From an uncultured Planctomycetaceae bacterium (GTDB lineage: Bacteria > Planctomycetota > Planctomycetia > Isosphaerales > Isosphaeraceae): a DNA stretch of 64,000 nt. The DNA is taken from positions 1-64,000 of the forward strand of contig CAWIAD010000001.1 of NCBI GenBank assembly GCA_963833985.1, in the 5' to 3' direction. This document shows positions 38,847 to 49,312 of the stretch, one piece after another; positions within the stretch are counted from its first letter, which is position 1, and every line of letters begins with the position of its first letter. The notes beneath the pieces are model-generated. The model had not been told where the DNA came from. It did no database searches and saw nothing but the letters and a program-made list of their open reading frames with translations. The position numbers were made by a program, and so were the translations under genes.

Positions 38847-39188
38847 ATGGCACTGAACGTTCGATTCGATGGAAACGTCGCCATCCTGAGCAACTTCGCC
38901 CGGCTCATGAACGACCCCAGGTACGTCGATGCGGCTCGCGACGTGGCAGGACTGCTCGATGAGGGTACACGGGCTTTCGTCATCGAGCTGGCCGGGGTGC
39001 GGGAGACCGGCTCCAGCTTTCTTGGGGTGCTCATGACGATCACCCGCGCCATCCGCGCCGCGGGTGCCGAGGCGGTGCTTGCTCATCCCAGCCGCGACGT
39101 GCAGGCGCACCTGGCCGAGATGAAGCTTGACGAGTACTGGGACGTCTTCGGTTCGGTGGACGAAGCCGTGCGCTTCTTCCAGCGCTGA
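38847..39188 (+). CDS. STAS domain protein (anti-sigma antagonist-like)
   Basis: FVIELAGV...GSSFLGVL...FGSVDEAV; AAGGAG RBS. Confidence 0.75.
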   Translation: MALNVRFDGNVAILSNFARLMNDPRYVDAARDVAGLLDEGTRAFVIELAGVRETGSSFLGVLMTITRAIRAAGAEAVLAHPSRDVQAHLAEMKLDEYWDVFGSVDEAVRFFQR

Positions 39189-39206
39189 GCTCGGTGCACG
39201 GCCGCG

Positions 39207-40739
39207 CTAGCTTGCATTCCCGGAGAGCGCGGCTTCAATGGCCTGGATCGCACGCGTTGCCGCCTCGCTGGGCCGATACGCTGGCTCGGCGGCAGGGTCG
39301 CTTGCCACGGCCCTCAGTGCCGCGAGCGCGGACCTGGCCGAGGCGCCGAACCGGCCCAGCGCGGTGGCGGCTGCCGAGCGGACCGCCAGGTCTCTGGACT
39401 TGAGTGCCTCGGTCAGGACGGCCACCGCGGCGTCCGCGAACTCCGTGTTCGGGGCGAGCTTCGACAGTGCTTCCGCACACGACCACGCGGCGCTGGTCCC
39501 CCCGCTCCTGGGCTCCGCCTGGAAAGCCGCGATCAGGGCCGGGATCGCGGTCCGGGCCGGCGGGCCGATCGAGGACAGTGCGCTCGCCGCGTCCGACCGG
39601 CGGCTCGCGATCGCGGACTTCAGGTTGGCGCTCAGGGCGTCAAGAATCTCTGGACTGGCGGGAAAACAGGCCAGTGCCCATGCGGCTTGGCGCGCAGGGT
39701 TCGGCTGATCGTCGGGCCAGGACTTCTCAGGCTTCCGTTCCACGAACGGCTCTTGCAGGACCACCAGCAGCTCGGGTGTGGACGCCACGGCCTGCGGGCC
39801 CAGCCTGTACAGCAAGTACGCGGCGCATTCGCGAACCTCCGCGACCTTGCTGCGGAGCCGGTCACGAAGCACGGGCACAAGCGAGGGATCGGCCTCCGCC
39901 TGTCTCAGGCAGTTCCTCAGAGCCAGGCGAAACAGCGGTTGCACCGCTTCCAGCCGGGTGAAGAGCTCGGGCAGGAGCGGACGAAGCCCTTCCTTGTAAT
40001 TACTGCAAGCCGTCCCGGCCGACAGTCGCACCTTGTCATCCGGATCCTGCATGTGTTCGACGAGCGCACGCGGGATGCCGGGCGACAGGAACGGCCCGAT
40101 GTTTCCCAGCACCCAGGCGGCGAGGCCGCGGAATTCCGGAGCCGGATCGGCCAGTGTCGCGACAAGGGCTACCCGCACGTCGTCCCGGAGTGTCCCGTCG
40201 CAAGGCTCGAAGCCCAGGCAATAGGGCTGAGAACCAGAGCGGCCGAGGGGCATGGTGCGGAAGTGAACGGCGACCAGCGCTCTGAGGGCCTCGCGCCGCA
40301 CCTCGGCATCACCGTCTTGCAGGCGGCCCAGCAAGCCCCTGGTCACCACGCTCACCAGCGGCTGGTGCGCCTGCAACTCTTCGGGGGCGGGCTTCCAGCC
40401 GTCGAGCAGGCCGCGCATGACGGATCCGAGTGAGTTCGCGGCCGCGGCACGCACCTGGGCATCCTCATCGCCGAGCGCGAGTACCAGTGCGCTGAGGACT
40501 CGCTCGACCTCTCCGGGCTTCGGTGCGGCCACCAGTTCCCGTGCGGCCACGCGGCGGTCCACGGTGTCGCCATACTGCAAGACGCGGATGAACTGGTTTT
40601 GCGTTGTCTGCTCCCAGATCCGCAGGGACGACCAGATGAGCAGCGAGGAGATGGCCACCAGCAGCAGCAGAGTCCGGACGCTCACGCGGAACGGCCCGCG
40701 GCGCGGTTTGCCGGGAGCAGGTGCCGGTTCATCGCTCAT
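39207..40739 (-). CDS. Membrane-anchored HEAT-repeat protein
   Basis: FRVSVRTLLLLV N-terminus; DEDAQVRAAAA, VRREAL, VRSAAATALG repeats. Confidence 0.85.
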   Translation of the reverse strand: MSDEPAPAPGKPRRGPFRVSVRTLLLLVAISSLLIWSSLRIWEQTTQNQFIRVLQYGDTVDRRVAARELVAAPKPGEVERVLSALVLALGDEDAQVRAAAANSLGSVMRGLLDGWKPAPEELQAHQPLVSVVTRGLLGRLQDGDAEVRREALRALVAVHFRTMPLGRSGSQPYCLGFEPCDGTLRDDVRVALVATLADPAPEFRGLAAWVLGNIGPFLSPGIPRALVEHMQDPDDKVRLSAGTACSNYKEGLRPLLPELFTRLEAVQPLFRLALRNCLRQAEADPSLVPVLRDRLRSKVAEVRECAAYLLYRLGPQAVASTPELLVVLQEPFVERKPEKSWPDDQPNPARQAAWALACFPASPEILDALSANLKSAIASRRSDAASALSSIGPPARTAIPALIAAFQAEPRSGGTSAAWSCAEALSKLAPNTEFADAAVAVLTEALKSRDLAVRSAAATALGRFGASARSALAALRAVASDPAAEPAYRPSEAATRAIQAIEAALSGNAS

Positions 40740-40856
40740 GGCCGTTTCACCCCGCATCGACCGAGGAGCGAAGCGCAAGGCAGGGGCCAACTGTATTTGC
40801 TGGCCCCCCTGCCCTTCACCTGACATGGCAGCCGCGGCTGGCCGGGTCCGCTGCGC

Positions 40857-42203
40857 TCAGTGGATGGAGAAGCCCTTGCGGTAATCGCGGCGGATGTACT
40901 GGTCGGCGGCCGAGCAGTTCCTGGCCTTCAGCGCGGCCGCGTCCCAGTCGATCTTCGAGCCCGTCTTGAGTGCGACGGTGCCCAGCAGGACCGTCTCGGT
41001 GAGCCGGCCGGCGTACTCGAAATTGGACAGGGCCTTGCTCGGATCGCCGGTCTTGATGGCCTGGACGAACTCGGTGAAGTGCCCCGGCGAGCGCGGCAAC
41101 GTCCGCTTCGGCTTTTCGTAATCCTTGAACTTCTCGCGGGGCAGCAAGACGTGCTCGGCACCGTAGTCGTTCTGCGAGAAGAACGAGCCCTTCTCGCCCA
41201 CCAGCAGCAGCCCGCTGTCGGGGAGCTTCTCGCCGTAGAGCATTTCCTTGTAGACCTTCTTGCTCTCGGGGAACTTGTCGCCGCCGTCGTACCAGGTCAT
41301 CGTGATCGGCCCGCGATGGTTGCGCGGCCCGAACTGGGTGCGGATGATCGACCAGACGGGATAGGTCTCTTGGTCGACGATGCCCGAGGTGTCAAGCACC
41401 TCGACGCTTTCCGGCTCGAACAATTCCAGCGCCATGCAGGCGACGTTGATGGTGTGGCAGGCCATGTCGCCCAGGGCGCCGGTGCCGAAATCGAGCCAGC
41501 CGCGCCAGTTGAATGGCTGGTAGTCGGGATGGTAGGGCCGATCGGGCGCTGCACCCAGGAATTCGTACCACCGCACATGATTCGGAACGCCCGGCGTTTC
41601 CTTGAACCGGCTCAGCCCCTGGGGCCAGATGGGCCGGTTGGTCCAGACGTGGATCTCCTTGATGGGACCGAGGAGTCCGGACCGGATAGTCTCGACGCCC
41701 GCGCGGAACCCGCCATCGGCGGTTCCCTGGTTGCCCATCTGGGTGCAGAGCTTCTTCTCGGCCGCCAGCGTCCGCATCGTGCGGGCTTCCTCGATCGACC
41801 AGGTGAGCGGCTTCTGGCAGAAGCAGTGCTTGCCCATCTTCATGGCCATGATGCTGGCCGGGGCGTGCGTGTGGTCGGGTGTGCTCACGGTGACGGCGTC
41901 GATCTTGTCACCGAGCTCCTCGAGCATCTTGCGATAGTCGTAGAACTTCTTGGCCCTGGGATACTTCGCACCCATCTTGTCAAGGGTGTGCGCGTCGATG
42001 TCGCAGAGGGCGACGATCTCGCCGTGGCCGCCGGCGTCGTTGGTGTCGCTGTCTCCCTTGCCGCCCACTCCGATACAGGCGAAGCGGACTTTTTCGTTGG
42101 GCGAGCGGGTCGGGGCCAGCGCGAAGGCTGGTGCGCCACCGGCCGCGAGGGACCCGGCCGCGCCCGCCAGCGCAGTCCCCGTCAAGAACTCACGACGTCT
42201 CAT
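40857..42203 (-). CDS. Tat-exported Gfo/Idh/MocA oxidoreductase
   Basis: MRRREFL; IGVGGKG; STPDHTH; CQKP; GALGDMACH. Confidence 0.93.
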   Translation of the reverse strand: MRRREFLTGTALAGAAGSLAAGGAPAFALAPTRSPNEKVRFACIGVGGKGDSDTNDAGGHGEIVALCDIDAHTLDKMGAKYPRAKKFYDYRKMLEELGDKIDAVTVSTPDHTHAPASIMAMKMGKHCFCQKPLTWSIEEARTMRTLAAEKKLCTQMGNQGTADGGFRAGVETIRSGLLGPIKEIHVWTNRPIWPQGLSRFKETPGVPNHVRWYEFLGAAPDRPYHPDYQPFNWRGWLDFGTGALGDMACHTINVACMALELFEPESVEVLDTSGIVDQETYPVWSIIRTQFGPRNHRGPITMTWYDGGDKFPESKKVYKEMLYGEKLPDSGLLLVGEKGSFFSQNDYGAEHVLLPREKFKDYEKPKRTLPRSPGHFTEFVQAIKTGDPSKALSNFEYAGRLTETVLLGTVALKTGSKIDWDAAALKARNCSAADQYIRRDYRKGFSIH

Positions 42204-42396
42204 GATCCAGGCACTCCATCCGAAAACTGGTAGGAAACGTATCGGCTCACCCTGTGCCCGACTCGAGATTCAGACTGCCCCGAGGGATAGGGCCGCTTAA
42301 GCGGTGGGCCTGCCCTGAACCCTTTCAGCATGACACGGCACCCGCGCGATGGCAATGCCGTGCTATTGCCGGGTGGCTCCGAGGATAGGGCGCAGC

Positions 42397-45189
42397 TCAC
42401 TCCTGCGGCTGCACTGCGGCTTGCAGCAGCGCCGCCATGCCCTCGAAGAGCGCGCTGAGGCTTGATGCGGCCTCGGCGGGCGCCTCGATCACGACGCGCC
42501 CGTTCGACTCGCGGCGGACCTGAAGCTGCGAGAAGAGCTGCCGCACCTCACCCGTGCCTGGCAAGGCGGCCAGCGCACGGCCCGTGGCATCGGGCTCGGC
42601 GGGCGGTTGGGCCGTGGCTCCTTGCGGAGTCGTGGCTCCTTGCGGAATCGTGGCTCCTTGCGGAGTCGCGGCAATTGCCGGAGCCGGGGCGGGCAGCACC
42701 ATCGGAGCGAGCACGGGTTCGGCGGGGCGTTCCGCCTCGGGTTCCACGCGGTCCTGCGACTCGTCGCCGGCCTCGATCACCTCTTCGAACGGGTCTGCCA
42801 CCTCGTCATCCAGGCCCGCGTCGGCCAGCTCGATCATCTCGATCGCCTCGCTACCGCCCGAAGGGGCTGCCGCGGCAAGGGTGGCGGGGTCGTACAGCTT
42901 CCTCACCCGCGACAGGAATGACCCGGATTGCTCGAACTTCACGCTATCACTCTCGCCGTCGAAGAGGCCCTTGAAGAAGGCCTGCTTGTTGCCCACCAGA
43001 TCGGCGATCCGCGATTCGATGCCTTCCTCGCAGACCAGGTTGTAGACGTCGATCGGCTGCTTCTGGCCCAGCCGGTAGATGCGGCCGATGCGCTGCTCCA
43101 GCACCGCCGGGTTCCAGGGCAGCTCGAGATTGACCACGCAGTTGGCGGCGCGTTGCAGGTTCAGTCCCACGCCGCCCGCATCGCTGGCGAAGAGGATCGA
43201 GAACTGAGGATCGTCGTGGAACTCGACGATGTTCTGCGTGCGCCGCTTCTGGCTTTCGGCACCGGTGAAGAACCCGCCGCGCAGCCCGCGTTCGTTGAGC
43301 AGGTCGCTGACCGCCCAGTGGGCCAGGTGCAACATGCGCCGCCACTGGCTGAAGATGACGATCTTCCGCCCCTGGTCCACAGCCACCTGGCGCACGATCT
43401 GGCGCAGCTCCAGCAGCTTGGGCGCGGAGAGGCCCCTGAGCACGCTCTCGTCGGGCGGGCAGCCGCGCAGCGAGGGCCAGACGTGCTCGAATTGAAGCTG
43501 CGCCAGTCCGTTGGAGATGATCCGCTGGGTGGTCAGCAGGCTCATCAGGCGGAGGAACTCGGCCTGGGTGAGCGGCCGCAACTCGGCGAGTCGCATGAGG
43601 GCGGCGATCGGCTGGATGAGCGCGTCATGCTCTTCACGCTGGGCCTCGGTGAACTCCACCGGCACACGGATGTCCGTGCGGGGTGGAAGCTGATCGAGCA
43701 CCTCCTGGCGCACCCGCCGCACCATGCAAGGCGCCAGCCGCACGCGCAGCGTGTCCAGGTGCCGCACCCCCGTGATTTCCTTGCGGCCGTCACTGCGCAT
43801 CGCATGCAGTGCCGGCAGCCGCCACTTCGGCTCCAGGGCCATCTCGTCGACCCACTCCACGATCGACGCCAGCTCCTCGATCCGGTTCTCCATCGGCGTG
43901 CCGGTGAGCACCAGGCGGTAAGGAGGGTTCAGCCGCTTCACCGAGAGCGCTGTCTTGGTGGCCCAGTTCTTGATTCGCTGGGCTTCGTCCAGCACCACCA
44001 GGTCTGGCTTCCAGGCGCGGACGGTCTCCAGGTCGCGCAGGAGCTGCTCGTAGTTGATGATGAAGAGTCCTTCTCTGGACGTGTTGTAAACGTTCTGCCG
44101 GTCTCCGGGAGACCCGTCGATGACCCGGATCGGCAGCTCGGAAAAATGCGCCCATTCACGGGCCCACTGCGGTTTCAGCGACGCCGGGGCGATGATCAGC
44201 CCCCTGCGCACCCTGCCGGTGCGCCAGAGGATATCGCATGCGACGATGGCCTGGGCGGTCTTGCCCAGCCCCATGTCATCGGCCAGCAGGAGCTGACCGG
44301 TCTCCAGGAACCGTTTGACTCCTTCGCGCTGATACGGATAAAGCGGTGTCTTCAGCCCCTTGAGCACCGCCTTCTGCTCCGACGGCCAGAGCGTCTTCTC
44401 CACCAGCCGCCTGAGCCTGTCGCGCTCGTGAACCAGCAGGGCGCGCAGGGCAGGGTCGTGCCGCAGGCTGGACGACCGGCCGGGAACCACTTTGAGCAAG
44501 GCTTCGACCATCGCCAGCCGGCGATCCGGCTGGTCCGGGAAGGTCTTCTTGAGCGTCATCGTCCCGTTTTGCACCGGCCGGAACCATGTCAGCGCCTCCG
44601 CGGCCTTCGTGTTCTGCCTCTCCTGGCCGTCGCCGTCCAGCCAGGCAACCCGCTCAAGCCAGTCGCCCCGCCCCAGCAAGGGGCGAACCGGATCCCAGGC
44701 CGGCCCGCGAAAGGTGGTCTGCGCCAGATGAGCCTGCTCCCGCAACGCCCGCTTGAGCAGCGCGGGCTTGCCGTGCACGTGTTCCAGCACCACGAGGATG
44801 TGCTTGCAGAGAGCCAGCGAGTTTCTCAGGTAGTCCGGGCAATCACAACGGCCCTGGATCGGATCAACGCCCAGGACGATCGTGCGATACGGACGCGCCT
44901 CCGAGCCCCTGCGCCGGGTGCCGTAGTGGCCCAGGAGCTTGCCGTTCTCTGGCCGGCTGTCAATGCGCAGCTCATCCTTGCGGCCGGATTCCAGCCTGCG
45001 CAACAGAGCGTCCATGGCCTCGACGCGCACGGGCCACTCGTGCGCGGGCACGATCTGCATCACATGCCGCGCGAGGACCTCAGCCGGAATATTCGAGGCG
45101 TTGCGGCCCACCCGGCCCACCAGGGTGGCGAAGGCCTCGGTCTCTTCGAGAGGGATGGTGGAAGCGGAAGCGGTTGTCGCGGTGCTCAT
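42397..45189 (-). CDS. SWIM zinc finger-SNF2 family ATPase/helicase
   Basis: CDCPD-x-CKH SWIM; LLADDMGLGKT; DEAQ; LTGTPMEN; WNPA-x-QRIGRIYRLGQ. Confidence 0.92.
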   Translation of the reverse strand: MSTATTASASTIPLEETEAFATLVGRVGRNASNIPAEVLARHVMQIVPAHEWPVRVEAMDALLRRLESGRKDELRIDSRPENGKLLGHYGTRRRGSEARPYRTIVLGVDPIQGRCDCPDYLRNSLALCKHILVVLEHVHGKPALLKRALREQAHLAQTTFRGPAWDPVRPLLGRGDWLERVAWLDGDGQERQNTKAAEALTWFRPVQNGTMTLKKTFPDQPDRRLAMVEALLKVVPGRSSSLRHDPALRALLVHERDRLRRLVEKTLWPSEQKAVLKGLKTPLYPYQREGVKRFLETGQLLLADDMGLGKTAQAIVACDILWRTGRVRRGLIIAPASLKPQWAREWAHFSELPIRVIDGSPGDRQNVYNTSREGLFIINYEQLLRDLETVRAWKPDLVVLDEAQRIKNWATKTALSVKRLNPPYRLVLTGTPMENRIEELASIVEWVDEMALEPKWRLPALHAMRSDGRKEITGVRHLDTLRVRLAPCMVRRVRQEVLDQLPPRTDIRVPVEFTEAQREEHDALIQPIAALMRLAELRPLTQAEFLRLMSLLTTQRIISNGLAQLQFEHVWPSLRGCPPDESVLRGLSAPKLLELRQIVRQVAVDQGRKIVIFSQWRRMLHLAHWAVSDLLNERGLRGGFFTGAESQKRRTQNIVEFHDDPQFSILFASDAGGVGLNLQRAANCVVNLELPWNPAVLEQRIGRIYRLGQKQPIDVYNLVCEEGIESRIADLVGNKQAFFKGLFDGESDSVKFEQSGSFLSRVRKLYDPATLAAAAPSGGSEAIEMIELADAGLDDEVADPFEEVIEAGDESQDRVEPEAERPAEPVLAPMVLPAPAPAIAATPQGATIPQGATTPQGATAQPPAEPDATGRALAALPGTGEVRQLFSQLQVRRESNGRVVIEAPAEAASSLSALFEGMAALLQAAVQPQE
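42613..42672 (-). repeat. 18-bp coding tandem repeat, about 3.3 copies (PQGATx)
   Basis: CGTGGCTCCTTGCGGART at 42613, 42631 and 42649. Confidence 0.9.
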
Positions 45190-45276
45190 GTCGGGCCTCG
45201 TACAGTCCATGCACAAAGGGTCTACACACGGGTCCGTATTCTGCACGAATTCGCAATCGAATTCCACAACCTGGTG

Positions 45277-46038
45277 GTATCCGTTCACCGGGTGGGGCAG
45301 CTGGAATCAGGCAGCTTGTAGGGGACCTCCAGCACCCCGGAGGATTGACGCCCCAGCTTGGAAATCATCCCGGTGGAGATCGGGAGGCCGAACAGGTCCT
45401 TGATCAACTGCTGAACCCGCCGTTTGCTGAGGCGGTAGGCACCGGCCAGCGTCGAGCGGAGAGCCTGGAGATAAGGACCGAAGTTACCGGTCGGGACCCC
45501 GCGGGGCACGACGCCGCAGGTTGTCACTCCGCGGTCCGGGCACTACAGCCGATGCAGCCGGTATTCATCGACGACCGGCTCGATCCTGGGCAGTTCGGCG
45601 ACCTGATGAATCAGGGGATTGGGATCAACACCGTGCAGAGCACCGCCGCACCGTCGGCAAGCATTGGGAGTGCAGTCGCGACGGGATCGGAGCTTCCCGT
45701 GGGGAACCAAACAACGGAAGGCCTTGCGATGGCCGATTTGCCCGCCCCGTTTCCGCCGACCGGGAGGAGTGGGAGGATTGCGTTTCAGACCGATGGGATC
45801 GGAAGAAGAGGGCCTGGAGAGTTGGTGGAATTGAGCTTGAGCCGGGCTTCCAGATCTCTGATGCGGCGTTCCAGTTCGGCGATACGGTCTCGGTCGGCCG
45901 CGAACGCAACCAGCAAAGCAGCCTGGGCGTCCTTCGGGAGAGTGCTCCAGAGTGATGCTGCGAGGGGAAGGTGAATGAACATGATTCGCTACTACGATGT
46001 TACTGTACAAAGGGTTTGGTCGGAGTGTGAACGCGTAC
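45277..46038 (-). mobile_element. Internally deleted IS66-family element
   Basis: Inverted ends GTATCCGTTCAC (45277-45288) and GTGAACGCGTAC (46027-46038) flank a transposase remnant. Confidence 0.8.
45285..45982 (-). pseudogene. IS66 transposase (TnpC) remnant
   Basis: LEARLKLNSTNS / PSSSDP / GGQIGH / CRRCG / HQVAELP / FGP / LFGLPISTG; frameshift, in-frame TAG at about 45543, catalytic core missing. Confidence 0.88.
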
Positions 46039-46149
46039 AATTGACGGGAAGACTTCGGCCCTTCAATATCATGCGTGCGCGTGGCAGAATCGGAAGCTCG
46101 GAAAGAATGCAGTGACGGTTCTCGTCTCAAGGGTGAAGTGAGGTGCGTC

Positions 46150-47367
46150 GTGGCGGTCGGACGTGTCGTCATCGTCGGCGCGGGGCCTGCCGGGGCGGCT
46201 CTCGCCTACCTGCTCGCCCGCCGCGGGGTGGAGGTTTCGCTGGTGGAGCGGCACCCCGACTTTCAGCGGACCTTTCGCGGGGATGGATTGCAGCCTAGCG
46301 GCCTTGACGCCTTCGACCAGATGGGGCTCGGGGACCGGCTCCGCCAGCTCCCGCGGGCGATCATAAACACGATCGACGTCTACCAGGGGGGTCGGCCGCG
46401 GGCCCGGCTCGCGACCGCGTCGCTGGGCTTCATCGGTTGCTTCATCCCTCAGCCGGCGGTCCTCGCAATGCTCGCCGATGAGTCTCGCAAGTACCCGTCC
46501 TTCGAGCTCCACATGGGAACGGCGGTCCGGGACCTGCTCCGGTCGGGGGACCGCGTGGTCGGGGTTCGGGCCGATGGCCCGGACGGGCCTCGTGAGTTCG
46601 CGGCGGACCTTGTCATCGGTACCGACGGCCGCTATTCGACGGTCCGCAAACGGGGGGCGTTCACCGAACTGCCGTCCCCGCAGCATTTCGACATCCTGAA
46701 CTTCATTGTTCCCTTTCCCGACTTCTGGCCCGACCGCACAACCGTGCGGCTGGAACTGGGCCCGGGCTGCATCACGGGCGGGATACCTACGGCCGACGGG
46801 CGGCTGTGGGTCGGGATGACCATCCAGAAGGGGCAATACAAGGCGCTCCACGCCGCTGGGGCGGATGGGCTCACCGAGGAGTTGTTACACCGCACCTCGC
46901 CTGACCTGGCGGCGCACCTGCGCGAGAACGCCGAATCGCTTAAACACCCGGTGCTGTTGGATGTCATCGTCGGCCGGCTGGAGACCTGGACGACCCCCGG
47001 CCTACTGCTCCTTGGGGATGCGGCCCACCCGATGTCGCCCAACGGGGGTCAAGGAATCAACGTGGCTTTGCGGGATGCCCTGGTCGCCGCGAATCATCTA
47101 TGCCCGGTGCTCGCATCCGTAAACGACGCCGCAGCAATCAACGCCGCAGCCCGCAGGGTCGCATCGGAGCGGACGCCGGAAATCGTCGCCATTCAGGAGC
47201 ATCAGCGTAAACAGACGCAGACCTTCCTTGGGTCGGACCGCTTCTTGCCACGGCTAGCGATGTGGAGCCTCCCCCTACTCGCGAGAAGCGGCCTGGTCCA
47301 GCTTCTGATCGGGAAGAGGCTACGGGCCTTGCAGCATGGCGTCGTGCCCGTTCAATTGACGGCCTGA
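46150..47367 (+). CDS. FAD-dependent monooxygenase/oxidoreductase
   Basis: IVGAGPAG; GTDGRYS; LGDAAHPMSPNGGQGIN. Confidence 0.9.
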   Translation: MAVGRVVIVGAGPAGAALAYLLARRGVEVSLVERHPDFQRTFRGDGLQPSGLDAFDQMGLGDRLRQLPRAIINTIDVYQGGRPRARLATASLGFIGCFIPQPAVLAMLADESRKYPSFELHMGTAVRDLLRSGDRVVGVRADGPDGPREFAADLVIGTDGRYSTVRKRGAFTELPSPQHFDILNFIVPFPDFWPDRTTVRLELGPGCITGGIPTADGRLWVGMTIQKGQYKALHAAGADGLTEELLHRTSPDLAAHLRENAESLKHPVLLDVIVGRLETWTTPGLLLLGDAAHPMSPNGGQGINVALRDALVAANHLCPVLASVNDAAAINAAARRVASERTPEIVAIQEHQRKQTQTFLGSDRFLPRLAMWSLPLLARSGLVQLLIGKRLRALQHGVVPVQLTA

Positions 47368-47591
47368 GACGGGGGTGCCTCGTCGGATTGTCGAGGGCAG
47401 CCGGATTACAAGCCGACGGAGTTCAAGAGCTGGGCCGAAGGAGCCGCTGCTGAAGTGGGCCGTTCCGGTGCTGCGCATTGGTATGGTTGCCCGACGCGCC
47501 TTCAGAGCATGCTCGCAGCTCGACTCAATTTTGCACGTTTGTCACCCATCGACTTGTGAGCGGGTACACCCGGTGCCCAGGCCTGCGAATA

Positions 47592-48014
47592 TCAGAGAGT
47601 GAGGATGTGAGCCGCCATCGCCAGCCCCACGAGCGCCAGGATCGCCGCCATGACCAGCGGTGCCTTCGCGCCCATCGACGGGTTCGCCACGCCGCTCTCG
47701 AGCGCCCGAACATACGCGCGGTACCGCAGCGCCGAGACCAGGCACACGATCACGCCCAGGCAGACCATGGCGAATCCGAGCCAGGGTGAAATCCTCGGCC
47801 GGGCCACCATCTCCTGCGACTGGACCACGACCTCGGTCTCACGGATCAGCAGCCCGAACCGGGCGATCAGGAAGCCGAAACCCATCATGGCCAGCGAGGT
47901 CCGGACCCACGCCAGGAACGTCCGCTCGGCCGCCAGGTAGACCCGCGGATCCGCCACCCGCCCGGGCACCGGTCGCGAGGGCCGCATGGCATTCTCGTTC
48001 TCTGAAGCGTTCAT
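47592..48014 (-). CDS. YidH/DUF202 inner membrane protein
   Basis: LAAERTFLAWVRT plus three TM helices. Confidence 0.92.
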   Translation of the reverse strand: MNASENENAMRPSRPVPGRVADPRVYLAAERTFLAWVRTSLAMMGFGFLIARFGLLIRETEVVVQSQEMVARPRISPWLGFAMVCLGVIVCLVSALRYRAYVRALESGVANPSMGAKAPLVMAAILALVGLAMAAHILTL

Positions 48015-48140
48015 GATCCATCTGCCCAGATGCCGCCGAGGTCTTCAGCCCGCCGTGTGCCAGAGGCTAGTCTTGCACGCCGCGACCGGCTACAACACGG
48101 CTCAGCTTCGCGTTCTTCCACGTGGAACGCCATCGTATCC

Positions 48141-49294
48141 ATGGAGCCCTTTTCCGTGAATCCACCATCGCTCGCACGCCCTGGCACCGCGACTCTGGCG
48201 TTTGCCTGCTGGCTGGCACTGGGACCGCTGGCATCGGCCGGCGAAACTCTGCGCTGGAACGAGATCCAGGTGATCGGCACGCACAACTCGTACCACCTGG
48301 CACCGCTGCCGGCCGTGCGGGCGCTGATCGCGGCTGCCGGCGAGGCGCAGGCCCAGTCACTCGACTACACGCACCTTCCACTGGCCGAGCAATTCTCGGT
48401 CCAGGGAGTCCGGCAGATCGAGCTCGACATCTTCCACGACCCCGACGGCGGCCGATACGCCCGGCCGGCCGCAAGGAAGATCCTCTCCGCGTCGGGCCGC
48501 GACGCCGGTCCCGATCCCGCCCTGGACGGTGTGCTGGATCGCCCGGGCATGAAGGTCCTGCATGTTCCGGACGTCGACTACCGGACCACCGCGGCCACGC
48601 TCGCCGACGCGCTGAAGCAGGTGCGAGCCTGGTCCCGCGATCATCCCCGGCACGTGCCCATCATGATCTTGCTGGAGCTCAAGGAGAGCGCCATTCCCAC
48701 ACTACCCACCCGGCCTCTGCCATTCGACCGCAAGGCGCTCGAGGCGCTGGAGGCGGAAATCCTCGCCGTTTTCCCGCGGGGCGCGATCATCACTCCGGAA
48801 GAGATCCGGGCGCCTTGCCGACCCTGGCCGAGGCCGTCCGGACGCGCGGCTGGCCCCCACTGGACTCCGTGCGCGGGCGGGTCATGTTCGCACTCGACAA
48901 TGAAGACGAGATCCGCGATCGCTACCTGCAAATCCATCCGGATGGGCAAGGTCAGCTCTGCTTCCCCAGCGTCGCCGAATCGCACCCGCAAGCGGCCTGG
49001 TTCAAGATCAATGACCCGGTGCGCGATTTCGACCGGATTCGCCGGCTGGTCGCCGCGGGCTACCTGGTGCGCACTCGGGCCGACGCCGACACGGACCAGG
49101 CGCGCACCAATGACACGACCCAGCGTGACAGGGCTCTCTCCAGCGGGGCCCAGTTCGTCAGCACGGACTATCCGCGTCCCGATCAGCGGCTCTCGGCTTA
49201 CTGCGTGCAATTCCCCGACCACGTCGTGGCGCGTCCCAACCCGGTCAACGGAAAAAAGTCGGGGACCCCGAGCGATCTGGATCAAGGCCGGTGA
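48141..49294 (+). CDS. PI-PLC-like phosphodiesterase (frameshift at about 48810)
   Basis: QVIGTHNSYH, GVRQIELD, ELK; continues as RGRVMF...VRTRAD...SGAQFVSTDY. Confidence 0.82.
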
Positions 49295-49312
49295 AACCTC
49301 GGCATGCGCGCT

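Noticed and set aside
45190..45288. N-terminal extension of the SNF2 ORF in the ORF track
   Set aside because: The GTG lies inside the IS66 terminal repeat; ATG at 45189 is more plausible
42928..45321. 797-aa plus-strand ORF and similar long shadow ORFs (e.g. 33994-35934, 17436-19127, 40860-42233)
   Set aside because: Antisense to well-supported genes; expected in high-GC coding DNA; no motifs
47375..47590. Coding-like fragment (DYKPTEFKSWAE...EPLLKWAVPVL)
   Set aside because: Too short and frameshifted to assign
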